This document shows, piece after piece, positions 50,126 through 62,388 of a DNA stretch of 64,000 bases. Location of the stretch: the NCBI GenBank assembly GCA_013265495.1, contig MU058452.1:124001-188000 (forward strand), written 5' to 3'. Position numbers and translations under genes: made by a program. The notes beneath the pieces are model-generated. The model made no database searches and had not been told where the DNA came from. It saw nothing but the letters and a program-made list of their open reading frames with translations. The stretch is from Vicugna vicugna (Eukaryota). The first letter of the stretch is position 1; every line of letters begins with the position of its first letter.

Positions 50126-51428
50126 ACAAAATGTAAATTATCCGACTTTCCCTAGACAATCCCACTACAGGAAACAAAGGACAATTGTTTTGAGCTCAAA
50201 ACAAAACCACAGACAAAACAGCCTAGCTCTTGGCTTGCAGGATAATCCAAAGAGCTCAGTGCTAGGCACATGACTATGCCTTACTTTCTGTAGTGGTTTT
50301 TTTCTAATCAAAATAGTCACAGACAAGTGAATATCTGAATGATAACCTTTTTTTTTCATATAATCCATTAGGTTGCATGGATATAAGGAAATGATTACAA
50401 ATCCTATTTCTTGGGACTTGACATTTTCCCTTTTTCTGTACTGATTCTTTGTGATGCACAAATGGGGAAGCACAGTGTCACTGGCACGGGGACAACTCTT
50501 CGTGACATGGGTAGATGGGAATCCCTTCCTACGGCAGATCTGAAGATACAGTGACGCCTTTCCCCTCGCTGGAAGTATTCAAGTCCACATATTTTTTTGC
50601 GAATTCCTTTCTCAGCTAGTTCTCTTGTGTAGATACGAGAATTGGCTTTATTTAAGAAGAAAGCAGTTCTGCAGCCCACCTGATCATCCCACAGTTCCAG
50701 GATGACGTTACTGCTGCCCAGGTTACATCCAGCAATAGTAAATCAGTGAGTCCCCACTAAGAGGTGAAGAGGGGTAAAAAAACCCAAAAAAAGGAAATTG
50801 GAAAGAATCAAATTTCAAATATGAGTTTCCAAAGGATTCTTAATATAAACAGTCAGGCAGAAGGATGATGTTTAAAATTATTTTTAAAATATTTGCTCAA
50901 TATCCTTTATAATTAAATGCAATAAATCCTTAAAACAACTATATACACACACACGCAGCCACTTTCAAATGCTCGTCCTCAATTCTTAGGATGGCATCCA
51001 TCTTTTTGAAGTGGGAAATGCCTTGGAGGGGCTTTAATTATCATTTTCCTTCAACTGGGCTCCAATTCTAACAATCCACACCAGAAATAAAGAGGAGCTG
51101 AAGAAGGCTGAGATGCTGTCCTCTCTGAGCATCCCATCTTCTCTGTTCCCTGCAGGCCAGGCTTAGAATCGAGGCTGGCCCACAGGGAGCCGGGTGGCGG
51201 ATGCCCCACCTTTCCCAGGACTGCTGTTTGCCCCTTGCTTGGAGAAGTGGGAGATTTCGGTAGCTTGTGGGCTGCAAGAATATTGTGGGACATCAGACTT
51301 CATTCATCACGAACTTAACTAGCTCTTGGAGATCCTCACAGATGAACTGCCAAGAATAAGGCAGAGGCGAGGTCTGGACCAGCAGGGACAGGAACTTCTA
51401 CAAGGGGTGGCAAAGGGACCTCATTCAC

Positions 51429-51461
51429 TGTGTGTATGTGTGTGTGTGTGTGTGTGTGTGT
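51429..51461. repeat. (TG)n microsatellite
   Basis: Dinucleotide run with one interruption. Confidence 0.95.
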
Positions 51462-53411
51462 ACATTACAGATATAAAATATCTTAAAATGAAATGGCTAA
51501 TCAGGTGCCAAGGTGAACTTGTAAAAATACAGCCATCTAGCCTGGCTTTCGCAGCAACCGTTCTCAACCTCAGTTATGAGGAAGGTCCTAAGTCACTGAG
51601 CACAGAAAAGTGCTATGGTTTGTGGATGTCTTACTTAATATAAATTAGACTGCCTTTTCCTGTAATAACAGTATTCATACCTACTTGCTTTCTGATATGT
51701 GTTTTTAAACATACTTTAGCTCATGGCAATATGCAAGTCTACGCCATCTGAAGCTCACGTACCACAGATGGAAACTGACTTTGATAACCATAGATAAATG
51801 CTTGGACACCACTGTCACCTTCATTTTTAGACATTTCCTAAAACTTCCAGATGACTGGAGGCTTTCCTTATTGTAAACATCTGAATCCTATGATTTTTTA
51901 TGCAGCAGTTGCTTTTGTATGTGGCCAATCATTTACAGAATATATTTTGTGCCTGCAATTGAGCTGTGATCAATGGGTTCAGAGGTCTTTGTGGGTAAAG
52001 AGTGCTTCATTTTCTCAGCATCCGGCACAGAATCTACCATATAACAGGTGCTCAATATACGCTTATAAAATTTTTTTTCTATTTCTTCAAATTCCAGAGG
52101 ATATATTTCAACTCATGCAACAGATATGCTTATAAAATGTGAGCAAATGAAGTTTTTTTTTTTTAATTCCTTAATGAGACAAAATTTGAGGAGAGGCGAC
52201 TGTTTAAAAAAAGGCAGTGGTGGTTTGGAGCTGGGTTTCCTTTCTAACCCACAGCATAGGCTCTCAAATGTATCGGCTTTGCAAATTCACGCCTTTATAT
52301 AAAGGACTAATTCTTATAGTGCTTGCCTTTCTAGAAACCACTTTCTAGAATAATTGTTAGTTAGAAAGGGCAATTTTGTCTTCTTCCATTTTATCAAACT
52401 CACACTATTTAAATCACTTGTTTAAAGTCAGTAGGTTAAAAGTCAGAACTTGAATTCATAGTTGCAAGTCTAGAGTTCCACGTCTGAGCCTCAGTTTCCT
52501 AATTTGTCAAAGCTGTTCTAATGATTTTTTTTAATGAGAAAATAGTTAGGTAAGTGCACAGTAAATGGTTAAAGGGCTTTATACAAACCAGAGCTGAGGT
52601 TCTCAGGTGGAATACTGGATTCACAGACATGTAGAGAACATTGTGCCCAAGTTCAGAATTACAGGAAGGGCCCAGGTACCTTATGTTCCCTGGGACGTCT
52701 TCTGCAGCCTGGAGTGACAGACTGTTAGGTTGTGGGCACACCCAAGAGAAGGCCTTGTCCTTAAACATCCCTGATTGGAACATCCCTGCCCCATGTACAT
52801 GGCCTCAATGGGCTGCTCCTGGAATTGGTCTCATCTGAAAATTCAAGTTTTGTGGAAGATCCAAGCTGAAATGCTAACTTTGAAGGTGGCACCCAGCCCT
52901 GCCCAGAGAGCCCCCTGGTGACATCCCCTGCTCACGTGGCCGTCCTGATGTGCTAGCTTGCATGGGGAAAGTTCTGGCTGGAAGCCACTGCTCTGGGTTT
53001 GAGTTCCAACCTTCTCATCCTCCGTGACTTGATTTTGGCTTCTCCATCTGCAAAATGGGAGTCTGGAGTTTGGTGAATTTCAGGGGTTCACTGATTCACA
53101 TCGACATCAGCCCGAATAAACCACAATTGAAGACACACTGACGGATGAACTGGATGATCATGTTTAACCCAAAGTGACATAAAAATGAATTCATTTTCTA
53201 TTCGGAATTATGCACGGCCTAATTTTCTTCTTGTGACTACAAAAATCCAAAGTAAACAGCCAATACATTAGAAAGGTCTTCCTCTTCCTCTTTCTCTCTC
53301 TCTCCTCGTCGCAGGTCTCCTTTATTTGAATTCCCCGTCTCCAAACTTGGCATTTTTAACTGTAACACTTCCACTTGAATTTAAAGAAAGATGGTGTCTT
53401 CTTTTTCTGCG

Positions 53412-53613
53412 TTCTTTTTATTGAAGTATAGTCAGTAACAATGTATCAATTTCTGGTGTACAGCATACTGTTTCAGTCATACATATACATACATAAATTC
53501 CTTTTTCATATTTTTCCTTATAGGTTACTACAAGATATTGAATATAGTTCCCTGTGCTATACAGAAGAAACTCGTGGTTTATCTATTTTATATATAGTTG
53601 TTAGTATCTGCAA
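53412..53613 (-). mobile_element. Truncated camelid-type L1 3' UTR
   Basis: 'ttttattgaagtatagtcagtaacaatgtatcaatttctggtgtacagcat...tacaagatattgaatatagttccctgtgctatacag'. Confidence 0.85.
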
Positions 53614-54624
53614 TTTTCTAGCCAGATTTACAACGTAAAACCAAAGGCTGGTTTAAAAGATTTAAGTGGAAAATATTTGCCATTTCACTGCCTTGGCCAT
53701 GATGGGGTTAGCGGAGTCTGCTTTTCTAACCCCAGGTCATTATATTCAAGTGTGAGCTGCTGTTTGCCAGAAAGTAGAATGATGGAAAGAGAAAGTGAAC
53801 AACTTCTTTCTGCTGCAACGCCTTCCAGCCCCGGTGAGGTTGTGCCTCCGTCTTTCTCCTTATCCAGAAATGTCATGGGGAGGACAGAGGCAGACAGATG
53901 TTTGGCCTCCAGGGCAAAGCCTTATCTCTGAGAGGGAGGGTGTGTGAGGGAGGGCGGATTCTGCAAAGCTAGCTGTGTTCTTTTTTTCACATGTCTGGCT
54001 CCCCCCAAAAAATCCTGATGGTAAAATAAAATAAAATAAAATAGGCACTGAAACCTCTTTTAAATGTGCACCAGACTAGGAAAAAAGAAATAGGCTAATC
54101 ACTTCATCATTCAAAATATAGATTGGAAATATGGTTTGGAAAACCAAAATTATGGTGGATGTAACCCCCGCCCCCTGCCGCGACAAGTCATTGGCAGCGT
54201 TAACCCTGGTATTTATTGCTCATTTTGACTACAGTGCCCTAGCAAGCACCTTCTCAGCCTACATGGCAAAAATATATATATATTTCATATGCCTAATATT
54301 TTGCCCCTGCTCTCCTTGCATATTTTACAGTGTTTGAGACTGTGCGTTTGCAATATATCGGTTGACACCTCTGTAAAATCTTTACACCGAATGCCTTTGG
54401 CAACTATATGCCAAATAATAGCATTACCATTTGTAATTTTTTGTAGCTCAGTTTCCCTGTAAGCTTGGCTCTGTGCATTATAAATAGGAAGGGTTTAGAA
54501 AGCCTTACTGATGTTTCCTCCTAAATGACCTTCCTCAGTGGTAGGAGTTGTGGTAACTATTCCACCTTGAGTTTTCTGTTTGTTGCTCCCATTAAAAACT
54601 CTAATTAATTAAAGAAATGTGGGG

Positions 54625-54712
54625 TTTTCTTTCTTTCTTTCTTCCTTCCTTCCATCCTTCCTTCTTTCCTTCCTTCCTTCTTTCCTTAACTAACTAATTA
54701 ATTAATTAATTA
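54625..54712. repeat. (TTTC/TTCC)n tract followed by (TAAT)n
   Basis: Low-complexity tandem repeats. Confidence 0.9.
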
Positions 54713-55381
54713 AGACACCATTGCCAACAACACAAATCTTCTCCAGAACTCTCTTTGGAATATATACTGAGGTTTCGGGCTTTAAACACATGCATTGTTC
54801 TTCAGGGCGTTCAAAATTGTTACTTGTTTGCATTTAAGATCCTTCCCGCTTTCCTAAAAGAGAATTTGAAGTATAGTCGGTTTATAGTGCTGTGTCTGTT
54901 TCTAATACTTTGCTATCGAAGAAGTAGAAAAAAAGAGAATTTGAGGTTGTGTACAACAAAGATAAATAAATAATGAAATAGATGAAATTACATAGAGCTC
55001 CAAGGCCATGCAGGAAATGAATGCTAAATTTCTTCCTAAAATATAGGTACAGAAATTTCTGTGAATCATCTAGAAATGTAAGCTCCACCAGAGCGGGGGC
55101 GTTGGTCATCGCCAAATTCCCCCCCGTGGAGTTTGGTGTCTAGATGTTGGTGTGTGTTCACATTTAATTGTTACTATTAAACTGACATTAAATTCAGTTC
55201 GGGTTTTCCTGGAAGCTAATGCATGAAGGGGAATGTAATGGATGTATACATTATTGTAGAGAATTGTACATATAAAGGGAATTAGAGTTCTGCTGGCAGT
55301 TAAAGGCCTTGTTTTACAGACGAGAAAATACATGGAGAGGTGAACGGATGTGCCAAAGGAAAGCTCTAAAACTCATAGCTT

Positions 55382-55548
55382 CTTGAAGGGAAGGTATAGC
55401 TCACGTGCCCATGCTTAGCATGCACAAGGTCCTGGGTTCAATCCCCAATACCTCCTCTAAAAATAAATAAACCTAATTTGCACCCCCTGGTAAATAAATA
55501 AATAAATAACATACTACAATAATAGATAAATAAATAAAATAAAATTTA
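55382..55548 (+). mobile_element. Vic-1-like tRNA-derived SINE (camelid) with TSD
   Basis: 'gggaaggtatagctca...gcttagcatgcacaaggtcctgggttcaatccccaatacctcc' plus a (TAAA)n tail. 14-bp TSD aaaactcatagctt at 55368-55381 and 55549-55562. Confidence 0.9.
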
Positions 55549-58009
55549 AAAACTCATAGCTTTTCTAAAACTCAGGGTGACCAAGGATTTTCCATCGTTA
55601 TCAACGTGGAAGCACCCAACCACGGTGCTTTCACTCTGTGCATAATGAGCCATTGCTATGGCTTCTCTGAGGGGCCACAGTGTGTGTTTGTGTATCCATG
55701 GAGGGGAAATCCTTTTATTCTGATTCATCTTTGCTTTGGATCTCCTAGTCAACTCGCCTCTTGTAGGCATGTATTGTTTCTCAAGACCTACCGCTGAGGT
55801 CTTAAGGATGAGTCAGAGGGGGAAGGTGACCAGCAACAGAAGAAGCAGACTAACTGCGAACACACTGTCTTCGATCAGGAGGATTCAGAAAACTACTATG
55901 AAGTTCCATGACTTTAGAAAATGTCATCATGATTGTAGAAAATGTCCGAGGGCCCGTGGCCAATGAATGGCGTTGGTTGTGTCAACTAACAAAACGCCTG
56001 TTTCCACTTCTCCTTTCCGATGGTAACTCCATGCTCCTTTATACGAGTGAGGCTTGGAGAAGGGGGTGCCGCATATTATATTATATATCATAATGTAATC
56101 ATTTCAGCATTCAAACTCCAGATTAGGAATTTGACATTTAAAAAATTCCACTGAAATTGGACTACAAAATATAATAGGTTTAGGCACCTGCTCTAATAAG
56201 ATTGCATAAAAATATCCCAACAGCCTTACCATAAACATATTTTACAATATCAGAGTCAAATTTTATTGCATCATTATGAGAATGTTCCATTGGGCCACGT
56301 GATTGGCTGTTGAAACAGTGCCGGATGCTGTTACTCTTACACAAACATGCCATCACACTTCCCTAATAAAAGTTTTATTGTATCCCCACGCACGTTAAAA
56401 ACAACACTAACTGCATTAATACATTGTAATTTACTTTTTTGTTATAGAACAAATAACAAACCTGCTGCTAATGAGATCATATTTTCCATTATCCCAAAGC
56501 AACCTGTGAGTATATCCAGTCCACTGAGATTTTGCCTAAAAAAATATGAAATTTCCTCTTATTATACAACAATACGTACTAGTCTCGAATGTTTTTATTT
56601 CCTACCACACTCACAGACATCACATCATGTTCTAAACATCTGTGTTTGTTTGAAAGACACAGTTATAAAATACATGATTTGATTTTCGTGGTAGGACACG
56701 TTTCTTCAAAAGGCAATATACAGGAGTCTTTTGTTAAAATTGTCTTTTTCTTTAATAGAGTTTTCATGTTCCAATAAACATAGGTGTATTTGCAGCTAAA
56801 ATACAGATTCAACTTCTTACTGTCATCACTCTTCCCTTTGGCTGTCATCTGAGCAGTTGCAAGTGTTTTAGTACATGGTTTCAATTTGGCATGTATGCAG
56901 TACCAGAAAGAAATCAATTTCTTATAAGACATGGATGATTGTTTTTATAACATCTTCTGGTGTTTCAAGGAAGCTATTAAATGATTAAGCTTTTTGTTCT
57001 TATAAATTAAATCCCTAACAAGGGACATGGTGACTTTCTCGGATTTATTCAGTTCAGCATAGAGTGACTTATCACCCAGACCCTCATCAAGGCAAACATT
57101 CTCTTACTATCAAAGTTCCTGGGCGTTTGTTTGGAATGGTGGTGATGGCGAGGTAGGTGAAAGGAGCAAAATGTAGATTACATTTGAGGGGAAGAGATTT
57201 CAGAAATCCAAGAAGAAAAATAGGAGTGTCCAGAAACTCTGCTTACCCAGAGATAGGATGCGTCTCCATTGTAAACTTCAAACTGTGGTTATCTCGGGCC
57301 ACTTTTGTTTGCATGGATGTCTCTTTTGCCCTCTGGCTGTGCGGGCTGCACTCCGCCTGATGGGCAGCTGAGGTTCTATGGGATAAGATAGGGGAGAGCA
57401 TTTCTGGATGAATGATCTCAGGGATTCCCTCCATGAAGTCTCCTGGTGCTTAAACATGCGGCTGTTACTCAGCCTCTGCTGCCACTGTCTGCTTTCCCAA
57501 CATTAGATAATTGAAGATTGTGTCTACACTGCACACACACACACAGACTTGCACACGAACATGTCAGTTAGGGTTACAGGCTCATAATGATATTAAATAA
57601 CCGGTTTCTTAAGTTTTACCTCCCAGTGAGATGTAGATACCATTAGCTGTTTTCTTTAAAAAAGTTGTTCCAAATTCAAAATGTGATCATCTTTATGATG
57701 CAGTCCTGACAAGTACAGAAATCATGACCTCTTATACATGAACTTGGCTGTGGCTAGCGTTTTGAGGAAATTTAAATGTAACTCACAGAACTTCAGAATC
57801 ATCATGTGTTTCCCCAAAAGACGGAATTCTTAAGGTTAATTGTAGTCCAATTAGGTGGTTCTAAGTTCTCACCTCCCCTCCTTTTTTTTTTCCCTGGGAG
57901 TATGTAGGGCCACATTACTGGACCGGGAAAATCTCTCTGCAATTTTTCTACTGTTTATGACATAGTCACCCTTCCAAATCACATGTGACCATATTAAGGA
58001 AGAAATAAC

Positions 58010-58262
58010 AATAATAATAATTAGTGGCATTTATTGAGCACTTACTGAGTGCCTGGTACTCTTTAGAGAGGTTTGCATTCATTAATTCATTGATCTGGGG
58101 GGAAAAAAGTCCTCTGGGACAGTGACTGCTGTTACCTTCATTTTATAAGTGATGAAACTGAGGCACAGGGAGGCTTAGTAACTAACTTGCCTGATGTCCC
58201 AGAGCTCGGAAGCTGAGATTCAAACTTGGACAATCAGCCTCATGATCATTTGCCCTTAACCA
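58010..58262 (-). mobile_element. Near full-length MIR
   Basis: 'catttattgagcacttactgagtgcctggtact...cattttataagtgatgaaactgaggcacagggaggcttagtaac...gattcaaac...ccttaaccat'. Confidence 0.85.
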
Positions 58263-58679
58263 TTTCAAGACATCCAATGAAAGTGCTCAGTTGTGGACTA
58301 ACTTTGGCATGAAAGGATTAATTACTGGTCCCAGGAAGTATGGAATCTCTCATCTACGCCAGTTACTTTGACTCTATGCCACCCTTGAGTCTCGCCATAA
58401 TGAAACAGCCTCATCTGAAGGCTGACGATTGTGAAATAACTATAGGCTGAACCAGACTAATGGTCTACCAAGCTGAGCAAGTCATTTTTGTCAAGCTGAT
58501 AAATCGCCTTTTTAGACTATTAATTCATCCATCCGTCCCTCCATCCATCAATCCACTCTTCCAGCTTTTCTTGAGCTACATACCTCCTCTTATTCCTACC
58601 TCTCTCTTCCTAGTGATAAAGACACAAGACCGTTTTATGATTCCAAGACCCATCTTTTCCTTATTCTGATTTAAATAAG

Positions 58680-58860
58680 CACCTCTGAATTTGAACAACA
58701 ACTCAGGCAACTGGTGTTTCTCAGACTGAGAGCAACTCCAGTTCCTCATTTGTGTAAAGGATATATTAACAACTGCCTAATTTTTTTTTGAGAATTAAAT
58801 GAGATAATGTATATACATCTCCAAGAGCATAGTATTAGGTAGGTCCTATGCCAATATTTT
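58680..58860 (+). mobile_element. MIR SINE
   Basis: 'cagttcctcatttgtgtaaaggatatattaac...gagaattaaatgagataatgtatat'. Confidence 0.65.
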
Positions 58861-59149
58861 CCTTAAAAGGAAAACTAACTCAAGTACCAGTAACCAATGA
58901 AATAAAATCATAAAATAATTACGAGAAAATATAAATGGATATATTGTACTTCTTTCAAGTATAAATGCAAAGTGAGAAACTATAACAATAAACATATTTA
59001 ACTCCATTAATACTGAAATTGTGCATGATATGCATATATATAATTAAAAGGCAGTGAAAATGAAAAATCATGATCTATGAAGTTCTTGAAAATCAAGTTG
59101 ATAAAACATTGGAAGATGGGAAAATGACATATTTTGATAACTTAAAAAG

Positions 59150-59700
59150 TTTATGTCATTAGACAACAGAAATATGAAAAATTTTCACTGACGCTGGTAA
59201 TCAAAGAAATAAAAATTACTTTTATTCGGAAAAGAAAATTCAAGTTTCAAAGAGACTTTTTAAACATATTAGATTGGCAATTTTTTATTGACCAAGGCAA
59301 AAATATTCTCACGTTCTTAGTAGAGTGTAAATTTGCATTCTTTTTCAGAGGAGCATGTGGCTGTATATACAGGAAGCCTTGAAAATGTGCCTACATTTTT
59401 CAGTCAATGATTTTCAGTCTGAGAATAAAAATACAGAAGATGCTTCATGATTAACGTATAGGTTACATTGAAATATTACTCAAAAATAGTTTTTTTTAAA
59501 ATTTGAAATGAATTAAACACATAGCAATAAGTGAATCATTTAATTATGGTGAAACTGCAAGAAAGAAATATATATATTGCTATTAAAAGAATATTAGCTG
59601 AAATGGGAAATATTTGAGATGTAATGCTAAATTTAGAAAGACATGCTAGAGAATGAATGTTATAGAGATTTTGCAGTATGTGTGTAGATAGTATGTGTGG
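59150..59700 (+). mobile_element. Very old L1 (L1ME-type) remnant
   Basis: AT-rich, with 'atatgaaaaattttcactgacgctggtaatcaaagaaat', 'tattagattggcaa' and 'agagtgtaaatttg'. Confidence 0.5.
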
Positions 59701-59852
59701 GGTATGTGTGTAATGAGTTCCCTCATATTTTAGTTATTATATTATTGTGCTAAATGGTTTTTAAGCATTTTTTTCATTGAATCTTCATAACAACCATGAG
59801 TTGAATGTCTTATTACAGGTGATGAGAGGACAAAAGAGAGTAAGTAACTTAA

Positions 59853-60206
59853 TGTTATGGTCTGAATGATTATGTCCCTCCCACAATCTATATGTGGAAA
59901 TCCTAACCCCCAAAGATGGTGATATTAGGAAGCAGGGCCTTTGGAAGATAATTAGGTCAAGAGGGTGGAGCCCTCATGAGTGGAACTAGTGCCCTTAGGA
60001 ACAAGACCCCACAGAGGTTCTGAGCCTCTTCAACCATGAGGATAAGAAGGATGAGCCAGCCCTTTGGAAGAGGACACTCATCTAAACTTTTCTGGCACCC
60101 AGATTTTGGACTTTGAGCCTCCAGAACTGTGAGAAATACATTTCTGCTGTTTATAAGCCACTCAGTCTGTGGTATTTTATTATAGACGCCTAAATGGGCA
60201 AAGACA
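59853..60206 (+). mobile_element. MLT1A0-type MaLR solo LTR inserted in an antisense MIR (59735-60290)
   Basis: Starts 'tgttatggtctgaatg', contains 'gcctccagaactgtgagaaatacatttctgctgtttataagccactcagtctgtggtatttt', and ends 'aagaca'. Confidence 0.9.
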
Positions 60207-60369
60207 CTCATAATTCTATCTCTTAATGAGTGGTAAGAGCAGGACTGAAGCGTTTACATGTTTGACAAAACTTACGCTATCAACCAGCATGGCCCAAATA
60301 GACCTTTCAATAAATTGCACTTTAGAAGGAAAGGTCGCCTCACCCTGTTGATCCTGGTAGAATTGTTCC

Positions 60370-60772
60370 TTTTATTTTTCCTCTTTTTTAAAATTCATTT
60401 TTTATTTTGTATTGAAATAAAGTCAGTTTACAATGTTGTCTTAATTTCTGGTGTACAGCATAGCGATTCACTTATATATATATGTATATTCCTTTTCATA
60501 TTCTTTTCCATTATAGGCCATCACAAAAAAATTGAATATAGTCCCCTGTGCTATACAGTAGGACCTTGTTTATCTATTCTATGTATAGTAGTTACTACTT
60601 GAAAATCTTCAACTCCCAATTTATCCCTCCACCGTCTCCTCCCCTCCAGTAATCAAAAGTTTGTTTTCTATGTCTGTGAGTCTGTTTCTGTTTTGTAAAT
60701 AAGATCATTTGTGTCTTTTGTTTTTAGATTCCACATAGAAGTGATATCATATGATATTTTTCTTTCTCTTTC
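60370..60772 (-). mobile_element. Truncated artiodactyl/camelid L1 3' UTR
   Basis: 'ttacaatgttgtcttaatttctggtgtacagcatagcgattc...ccctgtgctatacagtaggacc...tttagattccacatagaagtgatatcatatga'. Confidence 0.85.
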
Positions 60773-60829
60773 TTTTCTATAACTGCACGCCTCTTGACTG
60801 TCTTCCTGTGTAGCCACAGGTAATATCAC

Positions 60830-61020
60830 AGGTAGGGATACAAACTATTTCCTTTAGAGAAAGACAGATCCATGTTCAAGTCTTAACTCTGTTACCTCAT
60901 AGTTCTATGGTCTTGAAGAGGTTACTCATTTCACAGAATCGTTATGAAGGTTAAGTGGGTAAGCCTGCAAGGCATAAACTTTACAAGGGTCTTGTAAATA
61001 ATAAGTGCTCAATTAAAGGT
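60830..61020 (+). mobile_element. MIR SINE
   Basis: 'gttcaagtcttaactctgttacc...gttatgaaggttaagtg...taagtgctcaatta'. Confidence 0.55.
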
Positions 61021-62121
61021 AGGAAATACATGTATATGCGTTTTTTCCACCAAATTTTCTTTAATGAACATATTACTCTTAAACTCAGAAAAAAAACGCA
61101 ATAAATATTATTGTCATAAATGAAGTAAACCAATGACCTGATGTAAGCTTCCAAAAGTTGTTAAAAAAAAAAAAAAAGAAAAGAAGGAAAAAGAAGCAAA
61201 GCTACCTTTGTCTGGATGCTCTGTCCCAGAGATGGCTGCTAACCACAGGTGGGTATGGAAGCCCGGAGGGAAACCAATTATGTGCAAATCCTTTGACTTA
61301 ATGAAAAATAAAATATAGCAGACTAATACCCAGCAGGTACTTAAACATCACCTAATATTATAAAAGCCAGTGCTTCTTAAAGAGGAAAAACATCTCTGGA
61401 GAAACGAGAGAGAAAAAGAAACCCCTGACCCAGGAAAAAAATGTTCCACTGTGCAAGACTGTTTTTCACAGCACGCCTGAAAATCGCCAAGCAAGTCCTC
61501 TTTCTAAGCTGCCTATTTGTCTGCCGGGGCAAAGGTGCTTACTCAGAACTCAAAGCAAATGCTTTTATTCTACGCTTAAAGGTACTTAAATTCGGGTTCT
61601 GGAGTGTTCTAGGGGGTGGGCAGTTAAAAATTAACATGCATTGAGAAAGCTTCATTTTATTTATTTTTAATGTGCATGACAGTCTCTTTCATATTCTTAC
61701 CTACCTTAACTCATCTAATTTTTGGGATAGTTCTGGGGAAGATGTTACTATCTTCCCTATTTTATATCTCCTCAGATGTCACATCCCTGAACCAGAGTCC
61801 ATGACTTTTCCATCCAAAAAATGCCGGCACGAGGAAATCCAAGTATTTTCCAAACACTTTCTTTAGAAGCCAGGCAAACTCAGAGCTTACCCTTCCTCTG
61901 TTGAATCCCCTCTTTTGGTGATCAGTATCCCCTGCTAATAATTGAAGAGAAGAAACACCCATTAAAACTCAATGTCCTATTTTTTTTAACCAAATTAGCC
62001 AAGGCATTCTGGGGAGTCACAGGAGAGGGGAAACCAGACTGGGACGATCTAAAGGAGGAAACTGTGTATTTTACCGTACAGGAATCATACCATAATAAAG
62101 GTGGTTTTTTTTTAAAGATAA

Positions 62122-62388
62122 ATAAGTATGAGGGATGTACTATACAACATGATAAAGTTAATTAAAATTATTGTACATTATACATGAAAGCTGTTAAGAA
62201 AGTAAATCTCATGAGCTCTCATCACAAGGAGAAAATTTTTTTTCTATTTCTTTTAAGTTGTATCTATATGAAATGATCGCTGTTTACTAAACTTCACAAT
62301 GTATGGAAGTCAAGTCATTATGTTTTACACTTTAAACTTTTATAGTGTTGTATGTCAATTACAGCTCAATGAAACTGGAAAAAAAAAA
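62122..62388 (+). mobile_element. L1MA9-related laurasiatherian L1 3' UTR
   Basis: 'gggatgtactatacaacatg...ctcatcacaagga...gtatgtcaattacagctcaatgaaactgg' plus an A tail. A short aaagata repeat flanks it. Confidence 0.7.
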
